A DNA stretch of 17,919 bases from a virus (lineage: Duplodnaviria > Heunggongvirae > Uroviricota > Caudoviricetes). Position numbers and translations under genes: made by a program. Under the pieces are notes generated by a model that saw only the letters and a list, made by a program, of their open reading frames with translations, was not told the origin of the DNA and did not search any database. The stretch's first letter is position 1. Every line of letters starts with the position of its first letter. This document shows positions 14,966-17,919 of this stretch, one piece after another. The DNA lies in the IMG/VR virus record IMGVR_UViG_2667528037_000002, positions 64,001 through 81,919 of that record. The stretch is one strand, 5' to 3'.

Positions 14966-15171
14966 TGTCCTGCCGCTACTGCGCACACTGCCGCAAGACA
15001 CGCGAGCGCGCCAACACCCGCCGCGAAGCGATCCCGCAGATACGCAACTGCCCACACTGTGACGACTACGGGCGCCTGGACAACCTCACCGACTGCCCAC
15101 GACACGGCAATTGGGCTGCCGCACAAGCACTCAACGAAACAGATGCTCAGGACCAGGAGGGGGCGCGGTGA
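14965..15171 (+). CDS. Small Cys-rich protein, paralogue of the Rep C-terminal domain
   Basis: TGATG overlap with the Rep stop; shares SCRxCA..RK, IRxCPxCDDxGR and CPRH..WAxAQ with the Rep tail. Confidence 0.8.
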   Translation: MSCRYCAHCRKTRERANTRREAIPQIRNCPHCDDYGRLDNLTDCPRHGNWAAAQALNETDAQDQEGAR

Positions 15172-15491
15172 ACTGGGACACGCTGCTGGCCGAACTAGCC
15201 ACGCCTGTACTGCCTGGGGCGCGCTGCCGGGGACGGCACGAGTTGTTCGACGCCGCTATCGGCGATGGCCGAGGCGCCCTGGACGAGCGCGACTACGCCC
15301 GCCAGGCAGCGACGCGGATATGCCGCCAATGCCCTGCGCTGGCCTCGTGCCGGGAGTGGTTCGATTCCCTGCCGCACGAGCAGCGGCCGCTCGGGGTTAC
15401 CGCCGCCGTGGTGGTCAACTCGTACCCGCCGCGAAAGAAGCAGGAAATCACCACCAAAGACGGCCAGGACGAGGCGACGGGGGCGGCATGA
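15168..15491 (+). CDS. WhiB-like Fe-S protein (degenerate turn motif)
   Basis: AGGAGG RBS, GTG 15168; Cys pattern C-x(n)-C-x2-C-x5-C (ARCRG...ICRQCPALASC); GVTAA where WhiB proteins have G[VI]WGG. Confidence 0.72.
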   Translation: MNWDTLLAELATPVLPGARCRGRHELFDAAIGDGRGALDERDYARQAATRICRQCPALASCREWFDSLPHEQRPLGVTAAVVVNSYPPRKKQEITTKDGQDEATGAA

Positions 15492-15850
15492 GCACGACAG
15501 CGCAGCCTTGCACCCAATGCGCCACGGGAGAGCACCGCGTGGTCAGCGTGCGGGATCTTCGCACCGCCGCATGGGTGCTCGGGGAGGAACTAGCGCGCCG
15601 TCGCCGCCAAGGCACCCCGATCCCACCGGCCTTGCATCGAACATGGGAAGCGTTGCAGCGCAGTGTGTCCGATAGCGGACAGGTTTCTGGACACCCCGAA
15701 ACGGCGGGAGCAGAATTGGAGACAGTGCAACAAAGGGCTGAGCGCCTTGGAGTTTCGCCCCGCACCATCCGCCGCCACGCACTCAAATCCGGGCAACGCA
15801 AAGTCGGCGGGCGCTGGATCTTCGACGAAAGGCAAGAACCACATGGATAA
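15488..15850 (+). CDS. Protein with C-terminal HTH DNA-binding domain (120 aa from ATG 15488)
   Basis: ATGA overlap with the WhiB-like stop; TVQQRAERLGVSPRTIRRH...RKVGGRWIF is a winged-HTH pattern. Confidence 0.75.
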   Translation: MSTTAQPCTQCATGEHRVVSVRDLRTAAWVLGEELARRRRQGTPIPPALHRTWEALQRSVSDSGQVSGHPETAGAELETVQQRAERLGVSPRTIRRHALKSGQRKVGGRWIFDERQEPHG

Positions 15851-16142
15851 ACCCGACTGGAAGCAGGTGCTACAGCAGCTCAACAGTGACACCGAAGCCC
15901 CTGCCACCGATCTGCTACGGCGACTGCGTGGCGACGAGACCGCAACGGACAGTGCCGATTCCGAGGACCTTAAGCGTCTTTACGAACGCCTCGGCACTCC
16001 TCCCGCACCGCAGCCTGAATCGTCCAACTACGTACCGGGCGAGGGCAACAATCACCGGCCCCGGAAACACCCGCGTCAAGTCGAAATCAACTTCCTGCGC
16101 GAAGCCCTAACCGGCGAAATCGCTTTCAACGAAAACTACTAG
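15843..16142 (+). CDS. Hypothetical acidic protein (99 aa from ATG 15843)
   Basis: 8-bp overlap with the previous gene; charged, partly low-complexity sequence. Confidence 0.65.
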   Translation: MDKPDWKQVLQQLNSDTEAPATDLLRRLRGDETATDSADSEDLKRLYERLGTPPAPQPESSNYVPGEGNNHRPRKHPRQVEINFLREALTGEIAFNENY

Positions 16143-16153
16143 GAGACAAACAC

Positions 16154-16900
16154 ATGTCCGTCTACACCGCCACAACCCGTTCCTACCTCGTCCAGGTGCA
16201 ACGCGCCGCCGAACGCCTTGAAATTCCGCTGCCCGATCCATTCGTAGAGGCTGTGGCCTCGGCCCGAGCGTTGGTCGAGAAGGCGCAGATCGGTGCTGGC
16301 AGCGCGGACGCCCTCAGGTACTCCGTGCTCAGCTGCATGAAGAAGGACCAGGATTACCACGCTGACCCTGTGGTAACCGGCCACCTTCTTGACCACATGC
16401 TTGCGCAGCTCGGCCTAGACCGCGCCGCCAAGGACGAGGAGGGGCGCACGATCGGTGAGGCGCTCAACGCTCACGCCGACACCATATTGGCCCAGTGGTC
16501 TAAATCCCTTGAACCATACGCTAATTCGCTTGAAGCTGCCGCTGAAGTGATCCCGACCGATGACCTCAACGACGGGCCGACGATCACCAAGGCCGGACCG
16601 AAAGCCGTCATCGCATGGTCCGAAGCCCTCGTGGCGCGCGAACGATTCGGCTACGCCGTCGAAGGACTCGGCGCGCTGCTGCAATCTGCCGGGATCGGTG
16701 GCGACCGCGCCCACACGTTGATCCCTAACGGCGATGCCTCCGCTGCACGCATCGTCGCCGCCCGCGCCAAGAACAAGTCTGATCTGCGCGACGCCTGGCA
16801 CGTGGCCCGCTGCGGATTTCGGCCAGTGCTGCCCACCGTCAGCGGCTACGTCGAGCGCCTCGGACAAGCCGCACTCCACGACGACCCCCCGGGGGAGTGA
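16154..16900 (+). CDS. Hypothetical alpha-helical protein (248 aa)
   Basis: AGGAG RBS, host-like codon use, last gene of the rightward operon. Confidence 0.8.
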   Translation: MSVYTATTRSYLVQVQRAAERLEIPLPDPFVEAVASARALVEKAQIGAGSADALRYSVLSCMKKDQDYHADPVVTGHLLDHMLAQLGLDRAAKDEEGRTIGEALNAHADTILAQWSKSLEPYANSLEAAAEVIPTDDLNDGPTITKAGPKAVIAWSEALVARERFGYAVEGLGALLQSAGIGGDRAHTLIPNGDASAARIVAARAKNKSDLRDAWHVARCGFRPVLPTVSGYVERLGQAALHDDPPGE

Positions 16901-17122
16901 ACCCGAGGGGTCCGGCGCCCGCCCCTCATGGCTTAGGCAAACGCCCCCCCTGCCCCAATTTGTTTTCAACACCCAACCGTCACTGAAATCCCGTTTTTTA
17001 TTCGCCACCAACACGATCCACGGAAGGTGAAACCGGCTGCTGGTGCGATGTGGCCCTCTCCCGGCGGCCTCAGCGGCTCTTGGCGCTCACGCGTCCCAAG
17101 TTCGGGACCACGTGAAAGCTAG

Positions 17123-17692
17123 CTAGTCCTCTTTTACTGCAGGCTTCTTTAGATCGCCAGGCTCGTGGACCCATGTCCTGTACAGCTTGTGGACGCCACC
17201 GCTGGCGGCTAGCCGCTCTTTCCAGTCCTCGCAGGCAGGTGTCGCGCCTAGTGCGATACAGCCCTCTATTACGTCTTCCAGCACCACCCGGGGACCGGGG
17301 AGATGCGCATCCCGGTTGATTGCAGGGTGGATGTGGGGGCGCCGCTCGTCGCTGTTCCCTACCGGGTGCCAGTGCCATTCGATGACATGACTCTCATTAG
17401 CAATTTCGAGTCGGTAGATATATTCGCGCGTCGAAACCCGAAAGGGCTCCTTTTCAGGAGCATCGTGCAGATCCGCTGTCGTAGGAACTAACTCAAACCG
17501 CTGGGTGGCGTAGAACTTACCGAATCCTCGGAGCACCATTCCGTTGCCCCCGTTGAGGATCCATGCTCCGAATTCGCCGTACCTCTTGGGCGTTTGTGAA
17601 AGTTGGATCTTGGCGCACCCTAAACATGAAACCGCCTGTTGAAGCGGATCTATGTAATTACGGATCGCGTCGTGAGGGGTGCGACCAGGCAC
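17123..17692 (-). CDS. Uncharacterised His-motif protein, putative toxin/effector
   Basis: 189 aa; clustered EWHWHP...RRPHIH and AHLP motifs suggest a metal-binding catalytic site; downstream of a small acidic gene. Confidence 0.7.
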   Translation of the reverse strand: MPGRTPHDAIRNYIDPLQQAVSCLGCAKIQLSQTPKRYGEFGAWILNGGNGMVLRGFGKFYATQRFELVPTTADLHDAPEKEPFRVSTREYIYRLEIANESHVIEWHWHPVGNSDERRPHIHPAINRDAHLPGPRVVLEDVIEGCIALGATPACEDWKERLAASGGVHKLYRTWVHEPGDLKKPAVKED

Positions 17693-17709
17693 TTTGGCAA
17701 ACGTGTCTC

Positions 17710-17919
17710 TCAGATGCCTGCGAAAGGCAGCGCCGTCGCGACCGACGTCAGCCCTGGAACGTCGTCCCAGTTGATCCCTTCAAATTCCCCTGCGTTCCAA
17801 CGTCGCACAAACTCCGCCCCTGTGATGCCCATGTTGTTCTGAGCGATGCTGTCGAACAACTCGGCACCTTCATCTGAGGTCAACTCCACTACTTCACACG
17901 CAGTCTCTGTGACGGTCAC
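17710..17919 (-). CDS. Small acidic protein, putative antitoxin partner (5' end may extend beyond the window)
   Basis: At least 69 aa (ELFDSIAQNNMGITGAEFVRRWNAGEF), ending 17 nt upstream of the His-motif gene on the same strand. Confidence 0.65.
   Translation of the reverse strand: MTVTETACEVVELTSDEGAELFDSIAQNNMGITGAEFVRRWNAGEFEGINWDDVPGLTSVATALPFAGI

Larger units (their letters stand above)
11033..17919. mobile_element. Second integrated element, PICI/phage-satellite-like (right end outside window)
   Basis: Order int - repressor / xis - small genes - replication initiator - regulators - cargo, with its own integrase pointing at the tRNA fragment; no capsid, tail, terminase or lysis gene recognised. 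Confidence 0.78.

Noticed and set aside
15059-15487. N-terminal extension of the 15059-15850 ORF, and similar long starts at 15111, 15663, 12849 and 9816
   Set aside because: They overlap well-supported neighbours; internal starts with stop/start overlaps or RBSs fit better.
16154-16900. Major capsid protein of the second element
   Set aside because: Appears almost all-helical with no HK97-like features recognisable by eye; left as hypothetical pending structure prediction.

Overview
The window holds two adjacent mobile elements from a high-GC actinobacterium; gene content resembles Mycobacterium abscessus/chelonae-complex prophages, but the host is inferred. (1) Bases 1-11032 are the right end of a temperate prophage. 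It carries a lysis cassette (lysin A, lysin B, 4-TM holin, DUF2746-like membrane protein) and a reverse-strand ESX-type polymorphic toxin cassette (WXG100-like partner, WxG/Ntox15-like toxin, GAD-like/DUF1851 immunity protein). It also carries a lipoprotein, three forward genes (small HTH, hypothetical, DUF932) whose promoters share one palindromic operator, and an arm-less tyrosine integrase. The prophage ends in a 37-bp tRNA-Arg 3' fragment (attR core). Read on the minus strand, that core opens a 46-codon frame ending in ...ADAA-stop, which looks like the severed C-terminal degradation tail of an integration-dependent immunity repressor. A 42-codon ORF overlaps both that tail's stop codon and the integrase start codon. 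(2) Bases 11033-17919 are a second, compact element with no recognisable structural genes (PICI/satellite-like). It has its own integrase, XRE repressor, excisionase, a wHTH replication initiator with internal 33-bp iteron-like repeats, a stand-alone duplicate of the initiator's C-terminal Zn-binding domain, a WhiB-like protein, an HTH protein, hypotheticals and a His-motif two-gene TA/defence-like pair. Its right end lies outside the window. All family assignments come from motif recognition by eye; no searches were run.
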